A stretch of DNA of 63,121 bases, the filler included, from Squatina squatina (taxonomy: Eukaryota), in NCBI GenBank assembly GCA_031763465.1. It is 4 parts of 3 records of this genome, joined end to end, with 100 filler letters (N's around TTAATTAATTAA, not from the genome) between each part and the next. Parts side by side here need not be neighbours in the genome. Positions count along the whole stretch, not along the records: positions 50,294 to 63,121 come from JARFOE010000004.1; 3 more parts are not named here. One strand, given 5' to 3'. The notes under the pieces are model-generated. The model ran no database searches, was not told where the DNA came from, and saw only the letters and a list, made by a program, of their open reading frames with translations. Shown here piece by piece: positions 51,491-63,121 of the stretch (positions within the stretch are counted from its first letter, which is position 1; the number at the start of each line of letters is the position of its first letter). A program made the position numbers and the translations under genes.

Positions 51491-52557
51491 AAAGTTACAA
51501 CAGAATGAAAAGCGTTCAATTAAAATATGCTTCCTTTTATTTATGAGTAGCATCCAAGCTAGACTTTTGCTGTAAAATTAACTGCTTATCGAATATTCAT
51601 AAACCAGAGCTGTTCGTCAGTTGCTTTCTTTTGTGTATACTCTCCTTTCCATAAGAAAATTTAAGATTGCCCTGCTTTAAAAGGGGAAAAGGATCCTATT
51701 AACACAGACCAGCTGGGTGTTTCCTGAGGATCCGGACTAAATGAACTAGATTCATGTGAATGAATGAAGAAACAGAAATGTCTTTCATTACGTCCTGGGT
51801 CAGTAGCCTGGTGAGTAAGGATCAAAACGTACTGCCGAGGCATTGAAATAACTTAGTATAAATAGAAACAGTTTCACTGTCACACTCTTGCCTCTGGCAA
51901 GTCACGGTACCCAAAGTATCGTTGGATATCAGATTGCACAAAGGCCATGATCTTTGCCATGTGGGTCTCTACACACTATTTCCTTTCTCAGTTTTTATTT
52001 AAAGTCTAATTTTGTCCTATATAGTGAAAACAGCAATTTTCTAAATGATTGATAACAGTGATGACAAAAATGAAGTAATCAACCAAAATTAATTGAAGGT
52101 ACTTTTATTGCCTGGCTATTATNNNNNNNNNNNNNNNNNNNNNNNNNNNNNNNNNNNNNNNNNNNNNNNNNNNNNNNNNNNNNNNNNNNNNNNNNNNNNN
52201 NNNNNNNNNNNNNNNNNNNNNNTACATTTCTCTGGTGATGGTTATGAGCCAGTTTTACCTTTGGTGGGAGAGCAGACAATGTTAAAAGCATGAGAGTGGC
52301 ATAGGCACTTTCCTCATATGAATGCATGCATCCCAGGATGGTGAGATGTGCCGCTGCATTGTCTCTTTACATGAAGTGTCCTTGAAGAAGACATAAGCGC
52401 TTGTGGCATGCATGTGAATTGGCAAAGTAGTTTTGAGTAAAGATGATGATTGAGTGTTTGCAGAGGTTTCCCTTTGCATAAGTGATCATTTCTAAAAGGT
52501 GAGTGAAGGCTCTGTCAGTGATACAGGATGAGGATTGGCAATAGAGCCTTGTCTTAC

Positions 52558-52685
52558 CTTGGTCACCCTTGAGAGGTCGTTGAACCTCTTTCTTCACTGT
52601 CTCGCAGTACTTGAGGTGGTGGAGGTAGCACTGCTCCATTCATGCACTCTGACCACTTTCTTATGGGGCATCCTACCCTCAGTGC
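52558..52685 (-). pseudogene. Short Harbinger Myb/SANT exon relic
   Basis: Minus strand reads ...STARQ*RKRFNDLSRVTK|gtaaga, a frame not shown in the ORF track. Confidence 0.6.
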
Positions 52686-55600
52686 CCAACTCTTTTGGCC
52701 CTTAATTCTGCCAAAAAGACCTCCATGGATGCATCTGAATGTCTTGGTGGTCTTCCGGCTGCTGACATTCCCAAAGCTGCTGCCCTCTGTGACATGTTAA
52801 CCATCCCTGTTTCCTGCTCTCCGACAATATATGTACCCCTTTACCTGGCTGCAACCTTTTAAAAGTTGTAATAGAACTGAATTGTTCTCCTTCCCAGTGG
52901 CAATAACCGCTCCAAACCTGCTTTGCGTAACTACTGAAGGCCTTGGGAGGAATTAATGGTGAGTTAGCTGCAAAGGTTAATCCTACCAATTGGAATGTAG
53001 TGAAGAAAGACAGAGATGGTGAAAATGGAGGGAAAGACATTCACGAAATACATACAAATGTTTTAAGGGAGTATTCTTGAGATTTGCAAACAACTGGCCA
53101 TAATCATGACCAGTATTGATAATGGTACACAATTAATATTTTTATGTGCTTTCATCTCTGTAGTGTAATTTAACTTTTGCATCATGTTTCGGTAACTAAT
53201 GTATCATAATCTTTAGTCAGATTAGAAATCTGTCAAATATGATACAGATTTACCAATAACTTAATAGCTATGGCTACTCTCATTCAACCGGCAAGCGGTG
53301 CAAGACAGGACGGTTGGCAGCTTGTCCCTGAGGTAGACCATTTGAGTTCTTTGGCGCCCGTGTGGCAGACAGATACCACCTTAGACTTTAACCTGCAGCT
53401 CCAGTGGTTCACAGCTGATAGCTTAACCGATGCACTATTAGATCAGAAAATCAATTTGAGCTTAGATTGCTCAAGCAGATTGCCTTCAAGCAGCTGCCTT
53501 TCTGTTGCTCACTCTTGGAATAATGGACACTCAGTATTTTGTTTTTTTTAAGTGGGATTGCCTTTCACAATGAGCGAATTATATTTTCACAAAGTGGTAA
53601 GGCCAAACCCAAGTAGTAATTGAATTTTGTTTGACATAAAATAGCAAGGGACCTTTTATATTTTCAGTGTCTCAGATCCACCTTGTCACATTTCTATTAA
53701 GTTTGCGTGACCTAAGCCAACAAAAAAATGACCTAAATGCTGTGCATGATTTTGACACCACTTTGACATTGCCCCAATTGCCACAAACATTTCGCTCCTT
53801 GTCGCCAAAGTGCAGGAGCTAAATTTGGTTTCTTTTGTTGGCATTAAAAGTGTTTATAAAAAGACAGGCCAAGTTTTTCTTTTATGTTGAGGGAGCTCCT
53901 GTACAACTGACGACAGCCTAAGGTGCCTGGCCTCCACTACTTCCAAGACAAACTGGGCACAAGTACTGACTGTTACTTTATGCTAAGTGAGAATGGGTCA
54001 CTTTATTGGCTACAGTTTAATTTATTTTTAGTACTCGATCTGGGGATTAGCAAACAATTCTCCTTTCTTACAAAACATGATTTCCTNNNNNNNNNNNNNN
54101 NNNNNNNNNNNNNNNNNNNNNNNNNNNNNNNNNNNNNNNNNNNNNNNNNNNNNNNNNNNNNNNNNNNNNNNNNNNNNNNNNNNNNNNNNNNNNNNNNNNN
54201 NNNNGATTCGAACATTGAAAATAAACTTCATCATGGACTTCTCAGACAGGAAGGAGTAGTGCCTGAAACAAACAATAACTTCCTGAATGCCAGTGGACTG
54301 AACCAATCCACATTTCCCTCTAATAAGAACATTACTGCTAATTGCCATTAGCTAAGAGGAATTTCTGTTTTTAGCTCTAGGCTTCTGACAACTGCTTTGT
54401 TTAAAATTAGAATTGAAGAGCTGCACGTACCCTAAAGTGTGCCTCCTGATTTGAAATACCTTGCATTTAATTGCTGTTTTCTTCCTTTGACTTAACATAC
54501 TGAGTGACAAAGATCCATTAATCTTTTCTTATTTGCAACAAAATCATGCTCCCTGTAGGTTTCAATGTCCTCTGGTGATTCAAAGCAAGCTCTGATTTTT
54601 CATAATGCCTTACTTTGACAATCTAATTCTCTCACAGTTTAATAAAGAAAAAATAAAATATGAAGGTCCAAAAATATATTAACATTTGGATTAGGAGAGA
54701 TCATTCTTATCATGTATCTGCACAGTTCTGGCTAAATCCACGTGCTTAGAAATGGGTATGTATGATACTAAAGTACAAATGCTTATTGTCCACTATTTAA
54801 CAGAAACATTAACCTATTTATTTAAAATAGCTTGTAAAGTAATGACAATTAAACTAATATTAACACAGCAATTTTGCTTCACAATTGTTATAGAACCATA
54901 GATGTTTAAAACACAATTAAAGCTATTTGGCTCACCAGATCTGTGCTGCCTCTTTGCTAAAGCAATTCAAAACAAATCCCACTGTCTTACACTCTTCCCA
55001 GAGCCCTATATCTTCTGCTTTGAATATTTATACAATTTTCCCTAATGGTCTCTGTCCCAACCATTCCAAGAACCCACTGCATAAAGTAATTTCTTTTAAC
55101 CACTCTCCTCACTCTCTTACTGATAATTTTAGATTGTTGCCTCTTATCAGTGACTCTCCAACCAGAAGAAATAGTGGCCCTGAAATTCCAGTCGAAGGCT
55201 TCCTNNNNNNNNNNNNNNNNNNNNNNNNNNNNNNNNNNNNNNNNNNNNNNNNNNNNNNNNNNNNNNNNNNNNNNNNNNNNNNNNNNNNNNNNNNNNNNNN
55301 NNNNTGTATTATTGATTCCAAAGAACAATAACTATTTGGAATAATTTTCCAGTCAGTGTGGCAGAAACAGAAATATAGAGAATGTTCGCAATACAATTGG
55401 ATGCTATGATGGGATAGTCAGGGAACTGGAAGAATGACCTTCTGTGAGGCCTTTTCTAATCCTGGAATATTTGTTAATGTTCATATGATCCAAAAGAGGA
55501 AATAGTTTTATTCCTGTGGTAGACAAACACAGCTAAAACTCGAAGCATGAGCATTGGCTCCACAATGAATTATGCAGACATTTTGAAACCAATCCAGTTT

Positions 55601-56538
55601 CTCTTTGGTTCCAAAGTACTTACTTATGGGTGGCCAACTCTTTCACTGCAGTGATCAGAGAGGAGAATTGGACGAATGTTTCAAAGAGAGAGGTGTTACA
55701 GAGGGAGGTTGGAACAACCTCATTAAGGAGCTTCAATTCCAGGCTAGAGCAGCTTGGCTCCAGCGAGCAGACTTTACTGTTCTGGAGCCAACGCAGCTCT
55801 CTCATGTTTGATTGAAGGAGTAAACAAAAAAAATTGGCTCATGGTTCTGACTTAGCCAGAAGACTTGCTAACTTTCTAATGTACAATATTGTTATATCAG
55901 CTCTATCTTGTAAATCAAAGTTGCGTCATTATTTTCCCGCACAGTGATGTCAGCATTAATATCTCTGTGGAAGGTTATCAGCGAAGGAAAGGCTCAATCA
56001 AAACTATTTCCTGCTACCCAAGCTCTTGAAAGTCTTCAGGAAGCACGTTTCTTGTCTGATAATTCAGTCTGGAAAAATATGCACAGAATATGTTTTATGT
56101 ACAAAAGAAATTAAAGCCGTCGAGCTGTTTGTGTGAACAGTCATACAAATATTTCCGTTAATCAGCCCAAATACTNNNNNNNNNNACAAGTATTTCAGGT
56201 TCACATGAGTGTTGTGAATATTATTATTTAATGCTATAATACAGTGAAAATAGTAGCACTGCAAAAACATTCATGCTGCTGAGATAATTACTAAACAAAA
56301 GGATTTTCTTTTATTATTTAAATACCATACTTTGCAATTTCAAACTGTGCTGTGTGATATTAGTAATGAATGTGTGAATGCTTTTGTCCAACTCCTCCGT
56401 CTGCTATTTTAATGATAGTGCATTAATGCCTTTGTTAAAATGGTGGACAAAGACATTTATACAAGCATTTTAACATGTTGTCATGTTCTCTACTAATATC
56501 GCACATTGTTACTTCAAACTAATTGTCCTTAAGATGTA

Positions 56539-57560
56539 GGCCCCGATTTTAACTTCAGTTGGGTTTAGGTGAGCTATAAACTCACCCGCTGCTGCAGAGA
56601 TCAGGCCCCATGTATTTTAACTCTCGGGCCTCATTAGCATGCTGCCGATGCATTTCTCACCGTTCTGGGCAGGAAGTGGGCTGGAAGCTGCCCACTGACA
56701 CCAGGTAGGTGGCAGGATTGGATTCCCAGAGCATCATGCAGGGATTTTGCTTTCGGGAAGAGAGGGAGTCCAGATTAGGAGAGGCCTAGATTTTCCTTGT
56801 GGGGCTCAGAGCACTCTTGCTCCTTCTGGCCCCACAAAGGAAAGACAGACACTTACCTTTCTTGGCCACTTCTAGGGATGATCCACTTCTGTCCCAAAGT
56901 TGGCCAGGTGGGAAGGCCACAGTGTATTTCCTGCTCAGGCCTGAGTAAAAATGGTGGCCGGGACCAAACTTGCACATGTAATGAAGGACTCGGCCAGCTT
57001 TGGCCNNNNNNNNNNNNNNNNNNNNNNNNNNNNNNNNNNNNNNNNNNNNNNNNNNNNNNNNNNNNNNNNNNNNNNNNNNNNNNNNNNNNNNNNNNNNNNN
57101 NNNNNTTGAGTCTTACTTCCATGCCATTCAAGCAATGACAAATGCCATTGCATCTGGGTCCAGGACGGTACACCAGGGATCTGACATCTGTACACAAACA
57201 CAACGATATGTACTCACGTAGACTGATGTGGAAGAGCTACAGATGACCCGGGGGAGTGGCAGTGCTGATGAGGAGGCTGGAGGTGCTCTCCTCTCACAAT
57301 GACAGCATTCATTCGACTGCAATTGCCTCTCCACCATTGCAGCTGCCCATGACTGGTACCCAGGCNNNNNNNNNNGCCGCACCTCCTGCGTTGGAGCATT
57401 CTGAAGCTGGCCCATCCAGGGCCAAAGCTACTTGAGGGCGTCCCAAAGAAACACCTGTGGAGACCCCTTCAACCTCACAGCAGCCTTCCAGTAGCCCTGC
57501 TACAGCCATACTTATAAAGAGCTGAAGAATGGGAATTTTGAAGAAGGGTTATAAGGAAAT
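56539..57560 (+). mobile_element. Harbinger-derived fragments: terminus at 56539 and a partner-ORF-like 3' relic at 57106-57560, gap between
   Basis: ggccccgattttaac terminus and GC-rich body. The relic (AGPSRAK...PSTSQQPSSSPATA) resembles 14330-14470. Confidence 0.5.
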
Positions 57561-57899
57561 ACACAATGGTGATTAAATAATGTTGCCCCCTTCTGCCTCT
57601 CCCTAGCTGACTGGGTCTGTAACTTGCGGTCCAATGAGCTCTAACACCCTCTGTTCCAGCTCAGAAAGCCCCACCTGTGTGGATGCACCTCCCCCTATCG
57701 GGATGTCCTGTTGGCAGCAACCTTAGCCTGCAGATGTGAGGGCAAAGTTTTAGGATGATGATGTGTGAGCATCTGCATGGTCATCTTTCAGTGTAGATGC
57801 ATGCATCAGTAGCAGCAGCTGAGATGGTGTTAAAGCGAGAGGAAAGAGGATTGCATTTAGAGTGCAACTCATCATTCTGCTACAATGAGGTCCTTCAGT

Positions 57900-58445
57900 G
57901 TTACACAGCAAGTGGCGCTCACCCACACCAAACGATTTAGGTTGGTGAACTTTTTCCTACATTGCGTAGGTGTCCTGCGCTCCACATCTGAGGCAGGAAC
58001 TTATTCTGATATTGCTTGCCAGCTGGCCTGGTGAACAGCTGGGGCAGCTCTTCTCCCAGATGCTGGGAAGAGTTGCCCCCTCCGTCTCTCCACACCAGAC
58101 ACTCCAGAGTCCCAACGGAGAACCTCCTATGCACACCTGACATTATTGTCCACAATTGAGCAAAAGAAGCTGCTGAAGTGTGAGCAGCCAGGCTTTTATA
58201 TGAATGAAGGCAGTGGGAATGCAATTGTTCAACGATCTGGGTCACCTGATAGAGTTGTGAGCAGTCAAGAGAGCACCCCTAACAGCACCTCCAGGCAGCT
58301 GTCAGCGCCTCCAACAACGCCGCGCCTGGTCAGCAGAAAAACGTTAGGGAATTTCGGACCTCCATGGCGCTATTAACGCTGGGCGCTGTTTGGGCGCTAA
58401 TCAGTGCTGCAGTGTTTCAAGCGTAGCTACAGCCAATTTCGGCCC
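57900..58445 (-). mobile_element. Harbinger element end with frameshifted Myb/SANT exon
   Basis: RFSVGTLECLV / LFPASGRRAAPAVHQASWQAISEQV...RTPTQCRKKFTNLNRLVW|gtgagc; terminus agccaatttcggccc ending 58445. Confidence 0.75.
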
Positions 58446-59362
58446 GCCTGTGTTTGTGAAAGAGGCTATAGAAGCGCAAGTCTTTTTTTTTCCTTCCCTT
58501 TTACTTCACTTTTAAAAACTATTATGGATTCTGCTTCCACTACTGTTTCTGGTTGTGCAGAAAAACCACTGCGTAAAAAATATTGTCCTCACATTTCAGT
58601 CTTTTCATGTGAGATTTGATCACGTAGGATAACACCACAAATGTAATCTCCTGCAAAGGGACAATATACCATGACTTCCAGTCTGCACGATATACATATA
58701 TGAAAGCAAATGGATTATAGTTCAGAGTTGGATTAGGCCAAGATGCTGAAACTATTGTGAAAAAAGAGATTTTTGAAAAACCTGTGGCTCAGAAAGTGCT
58801 ATATATACTCAGAGGTTAAGGCAGTAAATAAAGAGTTATTTGGGTAAACATCGAGTGGCAGAATTTATGAAACAGTAAAATATCACTACTTTAGTAAAAT
58901 TAAAAATAAAACTGATCTAAATTTATTGAATAGTTTGTGAATCAATCTGTGAGAAAAGCATTCCTCACAACCACTACTCTATAGAACCCAATGTCGTTAG
59001 GGATGGCCTAAGAGAAATGGGAAAGTATCAAACGTTTAGAAATGATCAACACAAAAGTGTTTAAGCTCTAAGTCCAAAGGCCAGACCATGACAGCTAGGT
59101 TTACAAATTTAATTTCTCATCTTCACCCAACATGATGCAGACATATTTCAGAATTTATTATTTGCAACCACCTGGCTCAGAGGAAGACAGAAAGCTGTGG
59201 ACTTGAGCTCCATTCCGAGATTTAGTGGATTGTTGGAGATACTGTCCTTTTTGATGTTGGGGGAGATTTTCAACTTGCATCTGGGTATAAAACTGGTAAT
59301 GCAGATCGGCCGCCCGTTATAGAAACCTCCTGATTTTTATGTTCCATTGATTTCTGTGAATT

Positions 59363-59783
59363 AAAAAAAGAAAGACTTGAATTTATATAGCACTGCTCAT
59401 GACCTCCCAAAGCGGTTTATGGCTAATGAAGTACTTTTGACGCATAGGCACTGTTGTAATGTGGGAAACGCAGCGGCCAACTCCTGCAAACAGCAATGTG
59501 GTAATGACTGTAAAATCTGTTTTAAAGATGCGGGATAAATACTGGCCAGGACATCGGGGATATCTCCCCTGCTCTTCTTCAAAATAGTGTCATGGGATCT
59601 TTTGTGTCCATCTGAGAGAGCAGACGGAGCCTCGGTTTAACGTCTCATCCAAAAGATGGCTCCGCTAACGGTGCAGCATTCCCTCAGTACTGCACTGGAG
59701 TGTCCGCCTAGGTTTTTGTGTTCAAGTCTCTGGAGTGGGCCTTGAGTCAGAGGCAAGTGTGCTACCAACTGAGCCATGACTGA
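59363..59783 (-). mobile_element. Deu-domain SINE, near full length
   Basis: Collinear with the other copies. Confidence 0.85.
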
Positions 59784-59944
59784 AGGAGTGCTGCATTGTT
59801 AGAGGTGCTTTTTAGGTGAGGTCAAGAAAGTGCTGAGATATTTGAAGAAGCATGGGGCACTACAATTGCTTTCAGTGCCACTGGGTCAGGAAGGTGAAAA
59901 TGAGCTCAGATTCCTGCACTCACTTTCTATCCTGAGACGCTGCC

Positions 59945-59948
59945 ACCC

Positions 59949-59979
<31 letters not shown>
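59945..59979 (+). repeat. Poly-C tract
   Basis: About 30 C residues immediately before a gap. Confidence 0.85.
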
Positions 59980-61185
59980 AGGGAAAACNNNNNNNNNNNN
60001 NNNNNNNNNNNNNNNNNNNNNNNNNNNNNNNNNNNNNNNNNNNNNNNNNNNNNNNNNNNNNNNNNNNNNNNNNNNNNNNNNNNNNNNNTGGCCTCTACCA
60101 GAAAACACACCTGGCCTTTACCAAAAACACGTTGGGTGAAATAGTTTCATACTATTTAACACTAATGCATGTTACAACTTACATTCCTGCAGAAATATAT
60201 GAGAATAACACACTTTGAAAAAAAGTTAGTAAATACTTCAAACTGTTAGTACTTTCTTTTGGAATGCTACAGGTAATTGGGATCTAACGGCCACTGCACA
60301 CAGAGTGAATTCCCATCAGCTGTGCTGCTCAAGTCAGCAGATGTTTTATCTCTTCAGAGATGTGTGGAATGTTTGTGCAGTAACTAGAGTCCTCGGACAT
60401 ACTGAGATAATGGTTCAGCAGGAGATGGGAGACACCAGCTGATAAAACTAATGATGGATGGGTAGCTTGTCTCTGATTCAAGGTATTTCTCCCCAAGGAG
60501 AGGCAGAGGCATGACAGGTAATTCACTTAGAATATTTTATGTATGTGTGCACCAACTGTCACCTGAGAAGAAATGATCCATCCACTATCTGAAGAATCCC
60601 TCTTCCATTGAAGTGAATACTGACAGCCTCAGATAAGCACATACTTCATCTTGGCAGTACTTGCTTTAAACATTAAAGTTCTCTGCACCAAATCACTTCC
60701 CCTCCATCACTGCAAACTTTGTGGCCGGCTGCAGGGTCGTAACCCCNNNNNNNNNNNNNNNNNNNNNNNNNNNNNNNNNNNNNNNNNNNNNNNNNNNNNN
60801 NNNNNNNNNNNNNNNNNNNNNNNNNNNNNNNNNNNNNNNNNNNNNNNNNNNNNNNNNNNNNNNNNNNNNNNNNNNNNNNNNNNNNNNNNNNNNNNNNNNN
60901 NNNNNNNNNNNNNNNNNNNNNNNNNNNNNNNNNNNNNNNNNNNNNNNNNNNNNNNNNNNNNNNNNNNNNNNNNNNNNNNNNNNNNNNNNNNNNNNNNNNN
61001 NNNNNNNNNNNNNNNNNNNNNNNNNNNNNNNNNNNNNNNNNNNNNNNNNNNNNNNNNNNNNNNNNNNNNNNNNNNNNNNNNNNNNNNNNNNNNNNNNNNN
61101 NNNNNNNNNNNNNNNNNNNNNNNNNNNNNNNNNNNNNNNNNNNNNNNNNNNNNNNNNNNNNNNNNNNNNNNNNNNNNNNNNNNNN

Positions 61186-61625
61186 GTAGCAGACTTAAGG
61201 AGGACATAGACTGGTGAAATGGGCAAACACCTGGCCGATGAAAGTCAATGCAGAGAAGTGTGAAGTGATGCATTTTGGGAGAAAAAATGAGGAGACAATA
61301 TAAACTAAATGGTACAATTTCAAAGGGGGTGCAGGAACAGAGAGACCTGAGGGTGTCTGTACACAAATCTTTGAAAGTGGCAGGACAAGTTGATGAAGGT
61401 GTTAAAATGCATATGGGATCCTTGGCTTTATAAATAGAGGCATAGAGTACAAGAGTAAAGAAATGATGCTAAACCTTTATAAACCACTGGTCAGGCTGGG
61501 GTATTGTGTCCAATTCTGGGTAACACACTTTAGGAAGGATGTCAAGGCATTGGAGAGGGTGCCGAGGTGATTTGCGGGGATTATACCAGAGATGAGGAAC
61601 TTCAGTTATGTGGAGAGACTGGAGA
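61186..61625 (+). mobile_element. CR1 ORF2 fragment
   Basis: NAEKCEVMHFGRKN...ERDL.V.VHKSLK...LNLYKPLVR...YCVQFW; internal deletions. Confidence 0.85.
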
Positions 61626-61629
61626 AAGG

Positions 61630-61955
61630 TGGTATTACAAACATACAAACAATGCCGGACAGGTAAATACCATCTTGTCCATTGAGCCTGTCCCACACAA
61701 TTGCGATACCTTGTGTATCACAACATATACACTCCACCCATCCGAAAACATGTGACCTCCCGGGAGAGGCAAAAGATAACAGGTAAAATACCCAGGCCAG
61801 TTAGGGAAGAAATCTGGGAAATTCTTCTCCAACCCATCTAGGCAATCGAAACTAGCCCAAAAGATCACTCTGGCCTTGAAATTCCCTGCAGTACCTACCT
61901 TCTGTAAGAGATGATATCCGCCGCAGCCAAAAATGAGTCCAGCTTTTGTTTGAAG
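61630..61955 (-). mobile_element. Opposite-orientation CR1-type 3' end
   Basis: Minus strand ends gatggtatttacctgtccggcattgtttgtatgtttgta, a CR1-like tail with terminal short repeat. Confidence 0.5.
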
Positions 61956-63121
61956 GCCGGTCCTAACCAACTGGTATTTCAGGACATTGCGCTGAAGCTC
62001 GTTAACTTTTCATTCACTGTCTCGATTATGAGCAATCAGAAACCAGGACGAATAACAATGGATTGACTGACTGCTGCCAAGTTTTAAAAGGATAATGTTA
62101 AGATTGGCTCCCTGAGTGAGCCACTGTTTTAGACAATGAAATGGCAGCAGAATAAAACCAGCACTGTACATCATTTGTGCCCAATCACACAGGCCAAAAT
62201 GTAGTGTACAATTAGGAAAAGTGCCAAAACTATATTTGCATCAAGGGGTTCAGAGCTACAGGTCTGGGCTGTAAGATTGATCTATGATATGTCACAGAAG
62301 ATTAGATGTAGTTTTGCTTACCACAATTACCCAGTTTTTAAAAAACAATACTTTTACATAACATATTTGGGTATCTGCCGACTCCACGGAGATGAGTTTT
62401 TCTGCTGTACGTTTTCTTAAACTACTGGTCCTACAGCTCAACAGCTCTTCAACATGGATGTCATTTTTAAAAATCTTTTACATTTAATTTGGCACCTAAT
62501 TGGAAAAAATAATATTCCTGATGACATCCAAGCAAATACAAATCCTACTTGCAGAATAGCTTCAACTACACATGTCAAAAAAGTCCTATTTTTGTTCTTA
62601 GAACAAGGCGCAGCACTAACGCTGCAGACTGGGTGGCTTACTGATCACTGCAGGGTCCCGCTGATTATCTGGAAATTACGGACAATTTCCCTTTGTAAAG
62701 AAACTGCACAGGAGTCATTGAATTAAACAGGAAATGGTGATTGGTTGGAAGCAGGCAGTTAGCCTTCCTGTTTAACATGAATCAAATAGAGAAACATTCG
62801 TATACAGGGCTGTTTCCTTTAACTTGTCATGTTTTGACTTTGTACCAATTTATTAGTCCACTGAATGACATTAACCCCTGTATGACAGGACAGGTATCTC
62901 TCACAACTTGCGGCCACCAGTGTGACGTAATTGTATGGTATTTAAATCAGCCGGTCTCTCTTGCAATTGTCTCACTCCAGTTCCTGTAAGTGGAACTTAC
63001 ATTTCCTATCAATCAGAAGTTGAAGCCCTGTGGGTTTCTGCCCCTCCACAACCCTCACACTCTTTAAAACTCTACAGGCCTTAATCACTAGTGCCCACCC
63101 CACTTTATTTCCTTCTAAGCT

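Noticed and set aside
59945-59979. G-quadruplex or poly-Pro/Gly coding tract
   Set aside because: Homopolymer at a contig end; length unreliable and possibly a sequencing artefact.
60329-60445. Possible terminal exon on minus (AGVSHLLLNHYLSMSEDSS...)
   Set aside because: Only a plausible acceptor; no homology I can recognise.
60651-61366. 160-220-aa ORFs
   Set aside because: Gap artefacts flanked by CR1 sequence.

Overview
Eukaryotic genomic DNA from a fragmented draft assembly, most likely a shark or other chondrichthyan (inferred from its repeat families: Deu-domain SINEs, CR1 and L2 LINEs, abundant PIF/Harbinger elements). The window is not one contiguous locus. Three artificial N44-TTAATTAATTAA-N44 linkers split it into four blocks (1-17430, 17531-33363, 33464-50193, 50294-63121), and each block has many further N gaps, mostly ~100 nt, so adjacency across gaps is unproven. 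Host coding sequence I can support is: (1) the complete two-exon CDS of a 68-aa transducin-type G-protein gamma subunit (GNGT1/GNG11-like; 11224-11304 + 12367-12492); (2) one internal exon of an acyl-CoA dehydrogenase (16978-17084); (3) two consecutive exons of a Munc18/STXBP gene (42179-42208, 42405-42543). Much of the rest is transposon-derived: one near-complete but dead Harbinger element with convergent transposase and partner genes, four Myb/SANT-domain relics, many Harbinger-type MITE ends, SINEs and LINE fragments. There are no prokaryotic features, CRISPR arrays, rRNA or intact tRNA. I found no well-supported new biological system. The best leads are the identity and context of the three host genes and the spliced two-gene Harbinger families. 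All family assignments are from recalled motifs, not database searches.
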